A stretch of 64,000 nt of DNA from Eledone cirrhosa (taxonomy: Eukaryota), in NCBI GenBank assembly GCA_964016885.1, contig OZ024742.1, forward strand, positions 351,230,001 through 351,294,000, given 5' to 3'. Positions 26,793 to 40,084 of the stretch are shown here, piece after piece; within the stretch, counting starts at the first letter, position 1, and each line of letters starts with the position of its first letter. The position numbers were made by a program, and so were the translations under genes. The notes below the pieces were generated by a model. The model was not told where the DNA came from and made no database searches. It worked only from the letters and a program-made list of their open reading frames with translations.

Positions 26793-27137
26793 TAGTTTTG
26801 CGATGTTTCTGATATGAAATCGTGTGTCGAAACAAATATTGTTATACTTGGGGAGGCTCATATTTGTGTAATAATATTGCCAGAATTAATAACAGAACAC
26901 ACTCATTGTTTGGTTGGTTTTCAATTCTGTGTCTTTTATATTGGTTAATTTAATTTATTCGGTCCTCAATTGACTGACCAACGGTCAACAATACAGGTAC
27001 AATATAGACACAAACACATATATATAGTCTAACAAAGCGAAAACCAACCAAACAGTGAATGTGTTCTGTTATTAATTCTGTTATTAATTCTGGCAATATT
27101 ATTACTCAAATATGACCCTCGTCAAGTATAACAATAG
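26793..27137. mobile_element. Family D pLTR fold-back copy in (TA)n
   Basis: 26793-27037 is the reverse complement of ~59395-59645. 27035-27137 is a direct-orientation piece, so the two form an inverted repeat. Confidence 0.85.
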
Positions 27138-27292
27138 ATATATATATATATATATATATGTAAAGTTATATTTAAAATTGTTGGGTTACAACTAGTAAAT
27201 ATTTATAACTGATATAAAAGCACTCGACAAATATTTGGAGTATATTTACAATATTAAATAAATGGAAAACTATATTTATAAAACCATATTTA

Positions 27293-27354
27293 TTTCATTA
27301 TATATATTTCGGGGATATCATATTAACAATATGCTATGCCTTCATCAGACAAAA
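27293..27354 (-). ncRNA. Minimal type I hammerhead motif (family A)
   Basis: Reverse complement reads TTTTGT-CTGATGA-AGG.ATA.CATATT GTT AATATG.TAT.CCC-GAAA-TATATA-TA-ATGAAA. Confidence 0.7.
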
Positions 27355-27719
27355 TACAATATAAACAGTTTTATAGATAAATATATTCGACATACCGTAA
27401 TAAACATCAACTTCATTTGAAGAGGTTTACTCTAGCAGTGAAAATACAGAGAGAAAGAAAGAGAGAGAGAGAAAAGAGGTAAATAAGAGAGAAAGAAAGA
27501 CAAAACGAAGAAAAGGAAGAAAAAGAAGAAAAAGAAAAAGAAGAAATGCATGGGACAAAATAGAGAGATGGAAAAATAGATAAAGCGAAGAGCTTCATGT
27601 AAAGAGACAGAAAGATATATATATATATAGAGAGAGAGGAAATAGAGATAGATACATATATAAATATAGAAAAATTAGGTAGTGGGAGGTCATTTTGAGT
27701 AAGTGTATCAATGATGCAT

Positions 27720-27758
<39 letters not shown>

Positions 27759-28444
27759 GCTCAAGTATTAATGTAAGGGAGATATATAGAGATATATAGA
27801 GAGATATAGAGAGAGAAAAAATTTAAAAATAGCCAGACATATTCGAGGCGTAGAAAACCCTATGTTTTAATGTATTAGTATTTATAAAACTTACACTATA
27901 TTGTAAATATCAGTATTCCTGAATGAAACAAGTATTCACAATGCGTGAAAATTCATTATCTTATGTTTAGTTTTTTAAAAATTCATATGTCTATGTGACA
28001 GCTAGAAACATCAATGTGAATCCAACTGATTCACTCCGCAAATTCTAAGTTACCGGAAAACATTCTCAATGTGGTATAAAAATTTGAGCGTATTATTATT
28101 CTTGCGATTACTCTACAAGATTATCTATCAAGCAGAAATAGAGAGCAGATTTCAATATACTAATCGAAAATATATATTATATTATAAGCAAAGATAACAA
28201 TAATAATGATAATAAGTAAAAATATATAAAAATATAGAATAGAAAACCAAAAAAGAATATTACGAAAGAATATTACATAATAAAAATATTGCATATTAAA
28301 AATACTACGTATTAAAAATATTACGTATTAAAACTTTACATATAAAAATATTAAAAAAATAAAAATTTACATATAAAAATATTAAAAATAAAAATAAAAT
28401 AAAATAAAAAATAAAAATATTATAGAATACTACAATACTAAAAG

Positions 28445-28720
28445 AATAAAAATAAAAATAAAAATAAAAATAAAAATAAAAATAAAAATAAAAATAAAAA
28501 TAAAAATAAAAATAAAAATAAAAATAAAAATAAAAATAAAAATAAAAATAAAAATAAAAATAAAAATAAAAATAAAAATAAAAATAAAAATAAAAATAAA
28601 AATAAAAATAAAAATAAAAATAAAAATAAAAATAAAAATAAAAATAAAAATAAAAATAAAAATAAAAATAAAAATAAAAATAAAAATAAAAATAAAAATA
28701 AAAATAAAAATAAAAATAAA
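28445..28720. repeat. (AAAAAT)n microsatellite
   Basis: Perfect hexamer array of about 275 bp. Confidence 0.97.
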
Positions 28721-30040
28721 CCACAAAGAGCAACCCTTCAAAGTTAATTGACAATATATTGCCAAGTTCACTACAAGACAAAGCCAAAAATTATCTATCA
28801 AATCACATCTAGCAAGGAATATCGCAAAAAAGATTATGATGTCCAATAATGTCTACATATGTGTCTATATTTAATATATAAGTTACCTTGTATTTTTTCC
28901 TCAGCTCTTTCAGTATGAGGCCATTATACATGTCAGATGGGTAGCAGATAAGGCCGAACTTGAGAAAATGAATGTTGAAGCATCTTGTATAATGCATGAG
29001 TTGGAAATTGAGAACAGAACACAACCTTTCGTGCCCAGGAAACCGAAGATCAATATGAAGGACCACAAGAGGAATTTTGAGATTGACCTGCCAGTTAGAT
29101 TGATCGCACCTTCAAAATCGGACCTGGGCAAATTAAGCAAAAACATTCTTGACAGGGTGATACTGCAAATTAAGAACTTGGATTGTGTATCTAACCTGAG
29201 CTTGTGGAAGGGAACTGGAGAGGTTGTTGAGTGGTTTAGGCAAATTAAATATGACAATAATAATAGGTTTATTCAACTTGATATAGCTAACTATTATTCT
29301 TCTATTACCCCTAGTCTATTAAATAAGGCACTAAATTACGCATTCAAACATACGGACCTAACTAGCAAAGAAATGCATATTATATTATCGGCTAGGAAAA
29401 CTTTGATAGAATTTGATGACAAATTATGGACCAGAGCAGATAGAGATAGCAATTTTGACATAACTATGGGATCTTCCGACTCAGCTCAGATAACTGACCT
29501 TGTGGGCTTATTTTTAATCAATTCGCTACATAGGAAAATACCTGGTACTACCGGAGGTTTATATAGGGATGACATGCTTTTACTTATTAATAATAATAAC
29601 CCTGAACTAAATAGAAAATGTAAACAAATTACAAAATTTTTTAATTACTTTAACCTTAAAATAGAAATTGAGAACAACCATAGAATAGTCAATTTCCTAG
29701 ATATAACATTAAATCTCAACACATGTCTCCACTATCCTTTTCACAAGTTGAATGAAAACTTAAACTATGTCAACTTTAACTCTAACCACCCCAGATCTGT
29801 CAAAAACACTATAGTAAACTCAGTCCAAAAACGTATCTCTAGGATCTTTGTCACTTTTAAGTGACAAAGGTCTAGAGAATTCTGCAGACAGATTCAAAAT
29901 ACTGAGTGCATATCTTACTATTATCTTCGAACTTCTCTTAAACTAATCAACTATATGCCAAAGATCAACAGACACATTCACAAAAAAAACAAAATATATA
30001 TATATATGTATGTGTGTGTATGTATATATGTATGTGTGTG

Positions 30041-30108
<68 letters not shown>

Positions 30109-30109
30109 T

Positions 30110-30310
30110 GAAGGCGTGTGGCTGAGTGGTTAGAGAATTGGTTTCGCAATCGTAAGGTTGTGAGTTCGATTCCTGGACCAGGCGATGCGTTATGTCCTTG
30201 AGCAAGACATTTTATTTCACGTTGCTCCTTCTACCTGGAGTTGCGACCGATAGATAGTATTAGCAATTGGAAAGACCAACGGAAACATTGTTCCCTCGGT
30301 CCGATTTGAC
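30110..30310 (+). mobile_element. tRNA-derived SINE family 2 (CORE-like)
   Basis: GGCGTGTGGCTGAGTGGTTAG (A box)..GAGTTCGATTCC (B box)..TGTCCTTGAGCAAGACATTTTATTTCACGTTGCTCC. Confidence 0.85.
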
Positions 30311-30398
30311 GAAAGTCGATCGTTCCTTTATATATGTGTATATATATATATTTGTATACGTATGTGTGTGTATATATATGTGTATGTATGTATGTGTG

Positions 30399-30483
<85 letters not shown>

Positions 30484-31003
30484 ATATGTGTTTGTGTGTG
30501 TGTTTATGGTTGCGCGTAAGTGTGTGAGTGAGTATGTTTTTTTGTTTTTTTGTGAATGTGTCTTGATTTTTGGCATATAGTTGATTAGTTTAAGAGAAGT
30601 TCGAAGATAATAGTAAGATATGCACTCAGTATTTTGAATATGTCTGCAGAATTCTCTAGACCTTTGTCACTTAGTAGAACCTTAATGATTTTAGCTTTTA
30701 AAGAATCTCCCTTTTCTTTAATTCTATCGACCATGACTGACCCCCCACTGATTTTATAGACATCTGTTAGCTTAAGAGAAACTTAATGACAAGGAATGGT
30801 ATGCCATCCGGAACCTGTTTATAGAATTCTGTCTGCCTTTGTTAATCTAAAAACATAAATAAATAAAAATAAACTATAGCTTTGTAGAATTAGCTTTTAA
30901 TGAATTCCCTTTTCTATCAACCAATGACCTGCACCCATCCCACTCCCCACCCTCTCCTACCACTTGTAGAGACCTATAAATACAATTTTTATTTTTGATA
31001 CCC

Positions 31004-31054
31004 AGATTCCTGATGATTTCTAATGAATGAAACAGTTCTAGTCCTGTAGAATCT
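31004..31054 (+). ncRNA. Type I hammerhead ribozyme (family G)
   Basis: AGATTC-CTGATGA-T TTC TAAT GAA T-GAAA-CAG..CTG-TA-GAATCT. 6-bp stem I, GUA triplet, U.U at the base of stem II. Confidence 0.75.
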
Positions 31055-31097
31055 CATCTATATTAAAACTATATATATATATATATATATATGTTTC

Positions 31098-31206
<109 letters not shown>

Positions 31207-31256
31207 CTATATGTATATATGTATCTATATGTATATATCTATCTATCAATATATGT

Positions 31257-31302
<46 letters not shown>

Positions 31303-31371
31303 CTATATATACATATATATGTATCTATATGCATATATATATGCATATATATATACCTATCAATATATATA

Positions 31372-31553
31372 TGTAGGATGTGAGTAATAGTGTAGAACAA
31401 TAAAACTATGCATATATCAGATAAGTAGAACTCAATAGTTGGTAGAACTGGAGTATATATAAATAAATTAAAAAATGGTTAAAAAAGATCCATATATTTT
31501 ATGGGCATAATAAAATATATGGAACTTTTTTAACCATGTTTTAATTTCTTTAT

Positions 31554-31556
<3 letters not shown>
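31372..31556. mobile_element. Family F fold-back module in (TA)n
   Basis: Homologous to 46338-46690. Hairpin centred at ~31503. Confidence 0.75.
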
Positions 31557-31605
<49 letters not shown>

Positions 31606-32396
31606 TTGTTCCAGCCACACAAATGAGTATGTATATGGCCACTTTAACTGCTAGATGTTTAACCTAAATTCATCTGAGATTTCATTTGTTGTAAATTGCT
31701 TGGTGAATACAATATTGCACGATACAATGTTATGAAATTGTCGACGTCTATGAATGTAATAAATTTAATCTTGTAATATATATAGCAGCTCCTCTTCAGG
31801 ACAAACAAAACACTGAACACAAAGTAATTACTTTCTGACGAAGCATAAACATTAGAAACATATAACATATAATGGGACGAAATGACATTGTTTTCGTCGT
31901 CATTTTACCAGCTTGTTTTAGATTGTTTCATATGAAGGACATATCGGACTGTAATATGGTCGGAATATAGCTTTTGACACACGGCCATCATAAGTGTATT
32001 GTTCTATTTTTATCATGTCATTATGTTGTCTTAGTACATACAAGTAGTCAGCCGACTCAGAAGGAGTGATCGATATATCTGTGATATCTTATTGTCACAT
32101 ATTTAATATTTATACTTCACATTTTAACAAGCAATGATGGACCACTCCATGTTATTATAGTGGTAGCTTAGCCCCAGAACACCTCTACCTGGGCACACAT
32201 ATGAACTAAAGTATTTCAGCCAGCCCTCTATTGCTGTGTGCAATATAAGAAAGATCAGTGCATGGCCTTTTTTACCAGGTGAAGTACATATTTAGTAGCT
32301 CTATTTCTGTCTGTCATTACTAACGCAATAATGCAGTGTATGCATTATAGGGGTTCAGATATGGCGGCTACCGACTGTAAACCAAATGTATCGACA

Positions 32397-32770
32397 TTTG
32401 GTAGTATCGGTAAAGGGTCGGGCACCATGTTTTGACGCATAGAATTACGGCTCTTGCCATTTTGAGTTCAAATCCCGCCGAGTTAACTTTGCCTTTCATC
32501 CTTACGGGGTCGATAAAATAAAGTAGCAGTAATGCACTGATTAATTGCTGACCATGTGCCAAAAGTAGAAACAATTATTAACCGCAAATTGGCAGAGTCT
32601 TTAGAACGTCGGATAGAATGCTTTACGGTATTCATTCCTAATCTCTGCACTCGGAGTTCAAATACCGCCGAGGTCAACTTTGCCTTTCATCCTTTAGATG
32701 TCGATAAAATAAAGTACCAGTAATGCCTGGGATAATTGCTGGCCTTCTGCCAAAGGTAGAAACAATTATT
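32397..32770 (+). mobile_element. Two tandem SINE family 1 copies
   Basis: Two GAGTTCAAAT.CCGCCGAG..TTTGCCTTTCATCC cores, each with a GTGCC/CTGCC AAA.GTAGAAACAATTATT tail. Confidence 0.88.
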
Positions 32771-34264
32771 ATCCAGAAAGATTTCCACGTGGACTAGGGT
32801 AATAAATGCAGGAAATCGAAGAAGTTTTCTCACATTGAAACAAGATTTGTGGGCGTTAGTTAATAACATAAATCTTACCATTCGGGTCGTAAATTATTTT
32901 AACCGAGATCAGAACAATGAATGTTTATAAATACTGTGTCCTTATGTACTTGTCCTGATGTACTCGGATTTCACCCGACATTCTAACACATTTCTCAATC
33001 AATTACACTTACAAATATATTGAAACACATTTTTATCAGTAATCTACCATTCGTACGATTTCATAGATTCAGAATCTATACTGCCATGATTAACGAGGTC
33101 ACATAACTCTGCAGGGGTCTACTGTCAATTAAATTTTCTCCAATACGAGATTGGTGGAATTATTTTATTAAAAAATGTAAAGCTAGGAAAGTAAAACAAC
33201 TCATACAGGTTTGGAACGCTGGATATGAAAGAACAAAGTTAAATAAAGTACATTTAGTGGGACATTCGTTTTCCATTACTGCTACCCACCCTCCATTTCC
33301 GTGAAGTGATATTTATTTGTGAAAACAGTAATTAGTTATTTTATAGTGGCACAGATAGAAATGTTTCCTAAAATTACAATATGTAAATAAGCAAACTGAA
33401 ACAAAATTAAAGAAATTGAATAAAAAGAAAGTAACCTAAATCATTACAGTATCTTGATTACTTACAATATTTTCGACATTGGTAATTCAGAGATAAAATG
33501 AGATATCTTTCAAAGAATTCATGTTCTTTTTATGTAAAATAATTCAATTGAATTGATTTTGTCTAATATGTTTTTTTTTCAATCAAAACTATTTCCCATA
33601 CTTTCTGCATTGATTAAATTGATTTCAATTTCAATGTAAATGAAATTGTATATTAATGTTTACTATTATGCTTAATGATTTCGTACAAGATTCAAATATA
33701 GTTCACTTGATTCAGATAAATTGTAACAGCGATAGAAAAATATCAAATATACATTTAATTCCTGATAGTTTAAATATTTTATCATACGTCTGATTGTAAT
33801 GCAAAAATTTTGTATATTCCAATACGAAATTAAATCATATTGTGTGTACATTGTTACGTCTGCTTCAGTTGATTAGAGCTGAACGATTATCAAATAAATT
33901 ATACAAACACAAGTTTAAGATTCCGAAAAAGAACAAAACAAAGAAAACGAAATACATTTCCTAAACAGAAAGTTTAGTATTATTTTGAATATAAAGAAAA
34001 ACAAGTTCGTTTAAAAATTCAAATATATGATGAAGACACATTTAGATCCACGAGAACATGAATTTTATAAAACAATAACCGCACAATGAACAGAACAATA
34101 ATAAATTATATCGATAGTTACTAAATTTATAAACATATGAGAGGAAACTTAACATTATATTCTGCATATGTAATATTTAGTTACTTTAATTTCGGTATTA
34201 GATATGTATTAATAATTTGTTAGAGAAAAGGGTTAATATTAGCGTTGTAACTTGAAATATTACA

Positions 34265-34522
34265 GCTCTAATACTATGGACATGTGGTTAGAAGGTCTCG
34301 AGAGAGAATCGCTGGACAAACTTTACGGTCAAAACCATCCGGCCTGAGACCCATGGGTAGATTCCGTGCAATATGGTTGGATAACATTCATGGGCTCGGC
34401 TGGTCCGCTTTGGAATCGAGTCAGATCAGTTGTGGAAACAGTTGCTGGAAGCAGTGTTTGCGGACCTTCCACATCGACCCACCCAGAAATAAGTGGTCGA
34501 CGGAGAAAAAAAACAACAACAG
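34265..34522 (+). mobile_element. Short RTE LINE 3' fragment
   Basis: YYGHVVRRSRERIAGQTLRSKPSGLRPMGRFRAIWLDNI (RTE GHV.R...G.R..GR.R..W motif), ending in an (AAC)n tail. Confidence 0.7.
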
Positions 34523-36324
34523 CTTACCAATGAGGCAGATGTTACTGTTATCAATATTTAAAAGTAGACTTTCCACATTTCTTTTGTACCCACAAAATTA
34601 GAAAATAGTTTTTATCAGAAACAGATGAAAATATGCCCTCGGAAACAGAGATATCCGATATTATACCAGATTGCTCTGTACAATATTTAGATGTTTTGTT
34701 ATGAAATGTAAAAGTTGGTTTACTGAATCGGAATGTCGTATAGAATTTATGGGCTGAAAATCCTGACGATTACATTAATTAACCCTAGAAATGTTTTCGC
34801 CTCTCCTCAATCCCGAGTAAACAAAATAACAAACCCCTCATGTTAAAAAGAACATTTGTCTGCAATATCAGTTTTGAAAACAATAACAGAGAAACAAACT
34901 CTTATATGACTGGATGCCCTATATAGGATGAAATCTAGATATTTGAAAATATTTGGCACCCCTGTGGTACAGCATATATTCTGGTGTTGTGTTTACGGAA
35001 TTTAAATTCGAACCTAATGAATCATTATATATTCAGAATATCTGACACATTTTCACGATGTTATTGAATTTCCCTATCATTTCTTTGACTCTGTGATGTA
35101 ACGTTGTCCGTTTCACAGAGTTTAGAATGTGTTGAATAATTATACAGTATGGTGAAAAACGTGGAGATAATCACGGAGGGAAGATGGAGAAATATACCAG
35201 TAGGTTGGCATATGAGATCAGGTGAAAAGGGAATATGAGTCAGTGGTAAATCTATTAGTGTTATATAGTTGTATGCATAAAAAATAAAGTACCAGTAATG
35301 CACTGGAATAATTGCTGGCTTTGTGCCAAAACTAGAAACTAATATGGTTGTATGCATGATTTCAGTTATTCCGTCTTCCTACCTGTTAATTCTTCATACC
35401 TATTCCTATATATAATTCAGGGAACACAGTTGGTAGCAGACTCTGCCGGTTCTATCTACTTTGAATATTACATATATGGAAAACTGTAGAAAGCAACTGC
35501 CTCTCTCACAGAATCTCGCGTCTTAAGCTGAATGTCCGTCACGAGGTTATCATCATGGTCTCTATTGAATGATCCACCTTACTAATGTGAAGAACCACAA
35601 TTTTATAACAGTCATATGCACGGCCATTCTAGTTTTCCTCAGAAATATTTAGGACATGTTACAAACGACATCTGGTCAGTAAGAATTCCAACCATACAGA
35701 TCAGAGGATATGTTTTCGTGTTGAATATTCAATAAATGTTACAAATCACATTTCAAGGTAAGAGGGTAATTTGTACGAACAGATTATCAGAAAATACCGA
35801 TGTATGTGCTCTAAGGAGAACCTGTATATGAATGGGCCATCGCTTACAAAAATAATGTTTTTAGGAATTTGGAAAGGAATATAACTAAATACTTTAAACA
35901 TTTTCTAGAAAATACATAATACAAATTTTGAAATGGGAATAGTATTTCGATTTATGAAAAATAATGTTATATTTGTCATCGCGTTAATAAAATATTCTGT
36001 AAAAAATAATTTCGATAAAAAGTTGGTTTCATTAAATGTGTTTACAAAATTATTCTAAAACTTTTTCAATGAAATGTCTTGCGGGCGTTCAATTAAATGT
36101 TGTGCTATGAAAAAAAAATATTATGATTAAACGTCGGTCTTGATTAAAAGTCGTATTTGATCAAATATCTTGGATTAAATGCTGTTGCTGTAAAATATCG
36201 ATTCGGCAATTCGTCGGTCAGACGACCGTTGGACGGATGTATATTTTAATCAACATACTATTAAAAACATATCGGTTACAACTCATGCACGATTCCATTA
36301 ATTTATTAATATGATAGCATAGTT

Positions 36325-36446
36325 TCGTCCCTTTACGGTCTGAGTTCAAATCCCGCCAAGGTTAACTTTACCTTTCATCCTTACGGGGTTGATAAAATAA
36401 AGTACCAGTAATGTACTGGCCTTGTGCCTAAAGTAGAAACAATTAA
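36325..36446 (+). mobile_element. SINE family 1 partial copy
   Basis: GAGTTCAAATCCCGCC..CCTTTCATCCTTACGGGGTTGATAAAATAAAGTACCAG. Confidence 0.85.
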
Positions 36447-36954
36447 TTTATTAATATGATCAACTGAGTACAATAATTATCTGCTAAGTCATTCACACTT
36501 CACTGGTCATGATGTTATCAGTATTATTATTGTTACTTGAACCTAATACACGATTTACAGTAAGGAAATAAAACTGATAAATATTTGTCTATCTTATGGG
36601 GTGCGGACCAACTTCGTTTTCTGAAACATATTTTTACTTTAATGCGACATTCCCATTTCAGAAAATCGAGTCTATATTCATGTCATTAAAATTGTCATGA
36701 ACAGAATTATGCAATGTAATCGAACTCTAATGTAAACATGTTGAGAACTAATTGTCTATTCCAAGATTTGTATAGCTATGACCTATACCATCGTTAATAT
36801 AAATGGGGCATTTGATGGTTCAATGGGTAGCAGATATAATTGTCTATTTTTAATAGAATACTACATACTTAACTGCTCCTATGTTCAATGTTACATTTCA
36901 TGTATACGTGGAAAAAGCTTTAATCGTTACTAATAACACTTACAATAGCTTATT

Positions 36955-38140
36955 CTTCTTGTTATTATTCTACAACGTCGCGGCCATCCTAAACAGGCTA
37001 TTCCAGAAGCCTCATCGTGCGTAGATTCGACCACGTCCGCCAGCACCCCCATTGCTGTTGGTCCCGTGCAAGCACCTCTTCACCCGCTAGAGGATGTCAA
37101 GCCTCTGGAGATCTTCTCTGGTGACATTTGCCATCTGGTTCGGGACCTGCCGCCTGGCCACATCCAGCCAGTAGCCGGTGCGTTGAATGATAATAAGGCC
37201 CTGATAAGATGATCTGGTGGAATATGGCGGACATGTACATGCCAGCGCATACGACGGGTAGCTATGAGTTGGGAAGTCATAAGCTGATGCATGCGTGCGC
37301 AACTCTTCTTTGGAAACGTGGTGCTGCCACCTAATGTTTGTCCTGGTACTTAGGGTTCTGCTATCGAAGTTGTATATCCTCCTTACCATGGCATTTGGGA
37401 GGGGCTACGTTGCTGCTCCATAGTGGAGAACGGAGAAGACCGATGCGTTGTAAATACGGAGCTTCGACTTCTGGGAGATTGTGCTATGGCAGCAAAGCTG
37501 CTTCAATAGGGAGTGTATGAGACTGGCAACCAAGCGACGTAGGTGGTTGATCTCTGACGCCAGGTTTCCATTGTTTGTAATAGTCGAGCCCAGGTAAATG
37601 AAAGAGCTTATAAACTTTACAGCATTGGGGCAAATATGAAACGGACGAGGATCCGGGCCATTGCAGAAATGCATCAGCTTTGTCTTCGCCCAGCCTACCT
37701 GAAGGCCAAACATTACTCAATCACCCCGCTATATGGTCAGTGAGACTCTGAGGTAATTGATCGTGTTGCTGAATAGGGTGTGGTGTCTTTTGTATACGCC
37801 AGGTCGGTTAGCTGGTATTTCCCGAAGGGAACGCCAGAAACTCGGTAACACACATTGGTCATAACATAGACCAAGATGGACACAATAGGAGAGGTCCGGG
37901 CATCCACGCATCCCCGTCTGACCGCTCTCTTGATGGGGAACATTCGGAGTCCTTAACGTTTACCCGGATGCTGCTCATCACACTGCTATAAATACATTGG
38001 AACAAAATTTCGGGCTTGGGAGGCGCGTCGACAAGCTGTAGAATTTTCCAGAGGGATCTAAGGTCCACCGCGTCGAAAACCACCTTGAGGTCGACGAAGG
38101 CGACGTAGAGGCAGAGATCTCTACCGAACTCCCGACATCT
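36955..38140 (-). mobile_element. Decayed RTE LINE (second family)
   Basis: Minus strand: LYVAFVDLKVVFDAVD, VRRGC, LAYTKD, FGLQVGWAKTK, FIYLGSTI, KLRIYNASVFSVLHYG, RRMRWHVHV, PGGRSRTRW. Multiple frameshifts. Confidence 0.88.
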
Positions 38141-38151
38141 TTAAGTAATAT

Positions 38152-38345
38152 GCGCATGGCTTAGTGATTGGAGCATAGGGCTTGCAATCGAAAGGTTGTG
38201 ATTTCTATTCTCAGACCGGGTAAGGTGTTGTTTCCTTGAGCAAGACACTTTATTTCACGTTTCTCCAGTTCACTTAGCTGTAGAAATGAGTTGTGATGTC
38301 ACTGGTGCCAAGCTGTATTAGATATTGTCTTTCTCTTGGACATCA
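38152..38345 (+). mobile_element. SINE family 2 copy
   Basis: GCGCATGGCTTAGTG..GTGTTGTTTCCTTGAGCAAGACACTTTATTTCACG. Confidence 0.8.
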
Positions 38346-38421
38346 TATATAGTTTATAATACATAGTGTACATAGTGTATATATAATATATACTGTAGAT
38401 CGGATATATAGACTTTACATA

Positions 38422-38656
<235 letters not shown>

Positions 38657-38726
38657 CGGTTACACAACAGATAGTTCACCATACCGAGAACAATTGTTTC
38701 ACCTTAGCGGATCCTCGGCTCGTAAT

Positions 38727-38766
38727 CCGAGCAGATGATCGGCTAAGGTGAAACAATTGTTCTTGG
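38727..38766 (+). ncRNA. Minimal hammerhead-like motif with variant core CAGATGA (family I)
   Basis: CCGAG-CAGATGA-T C(C/G)GCTAAGG T-GAAA-CAATTG-TT-CTTGG. It sits within a (TA)n-flanked fold-back module at 38655-38860. Confidence 0.6.
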
Positions 38767-38867
38767 TATGGTGAACTAACAGTTGTGTAACCACTCTTTC
38801 ACCTGACTCGTCACATGGAATGAGTTCTCTACCGCTACGGATATTACCTTCTAGTGTTCCATATATA

Positions 38868-38943
<76 letters not shown>

Positions 38944-39029
38944 TCAATATATATCTAGCCCTCTTTGGATTTTAGTCTTCAAATTTATTATCATTACTAT
39001 ATATATATATATAAATATAAATATATATA

Positions 39030-39720
39030 TGAATACAATTAGTCCTTCATCAGTGATCTTCCAACCTTCATTGGTATTTTTTCGCTTTAAAGATCATATA
39101 CCTCTGCTTGGTGCGAGCAATAACCAAAGAAAGTTATTGGGACACGTAAAATAGGTTGTAACCCATTTGCAACCACGCAGCAGGCCATTTTTCATATATT
39201 TATATTTTTTCCTCCGCTGTGACCTGTCTGTTTCTTTCTTACTGCTTCCCCTTTCTCTGTATCTTCTCTGTATCTCTCACCTTCCTTCTTACCCCCTCTG
39301 CCAGTACACTCTCTCTCAGCTGGCCTCTTCCTCACACGGTCACTACCTCACTCTCAGCTACTCTCCCTCTCTCACTTTCTGCCATTTGACCTGCGTGAAA
39401 TCTTTTTCTCGTTCACATCTCACCCAGGTCGGATGGTCTTTATCTCTCGTCTATGATTTCACAGAACTTAAGTTCATAGATATCACGGACTGGTTTCTTC
39501 TCTTCCTCTCTTTCCTTTGCTATGTTTGTTTACATGTCCCGCCCGCTTCACCCTATTTTACGTGTCCCAATAACTTTCTTTGGTTATTGCTCGTACCAAT
39601 CAGAGGTATATGATCTTTTAAGCGGAGAAATACCAATGAAGGTTGGAAGATCACTGATGAAGGACTCATTTTATTCATATGTAACACATTGCAACCACGC
39701 AGCACGCCATTTTTCATATA
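39030..39720 (+). mobile_element. Family H non-coding module (partial tandem plus inverted 5' copy)
   Basis: 39041-39155 is an inverted copy of 39552-39667. The direct repeat TTGCAACCACGCAGCA.GCCATTTTTCATAT at ~39167 and ~39689 gives a unit of ~520 bp. Homologous to 47470-48300. Confidence 0.8.
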
Positions 39721-39781
39721 TATATATATATGTATGGTGACGAAACATAAGTCAATTGCATGAACTCATAATCCTTTATTT

Positions 39782-39837
39782 ACTGCTATATATATTTCGT
39801 TGATACCCATTGAATGGCTATGACGTCATCAGGCAGT
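39782..39837 (-). ncRNA. Minimal type I hammerhead motif
   Basis: Reverse complement reads ACTGC-CTGATGA-C GTCATAGCCAT TCA ATGGGTATCAAC-GAAA-TATATA-TA-GCAGT. Perfect stem I. Confidence 0.75.
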
Positions 39838-39992
39838 TAGTCAGTTCTTAGATATGCCAGCTCTGTGTTTATAGTGTTGATGGTATTATAGCCTTGGGAT
39901 ATACGAGCTTGCTAGGAATAATTTTATGTTGTCAGCAGGAATAGTCTTAATTCTCATTGGTCAGTTTGTAGATGCTAGTTGGGTTGGTATTT

Positions 39993-40078
<86 letters not shown>

Positions 40079-40084
40079 ATATAC

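Larger units (their letters stand above)
28865..31075 (+). mobile_element. Rearranged Penelope-like element (RT fragment plus 3' end/pLTR, family G)
   Basis: ORF 28968-29864 has MKDHK..VRLIAPSKSDLG, FIQLDIANYYSSI, FDITMGSSDSAQITDLVG, GGLYRDDMLL, VNFLDITLNL and YVNFNSNHP. 28865-28962 is an inverted upstream piece (YNGLILKELRKKY on minus). 29858-29995 is an inverted copy of 30537-30672. A hammerhead lies at 31004. Confidence 0.9.

Noticed and set aside
30110-30180. tRNA gene
   Set aside because: A/B boxes are present, but they run into a SINE body and no complete cloverleaf is evident.
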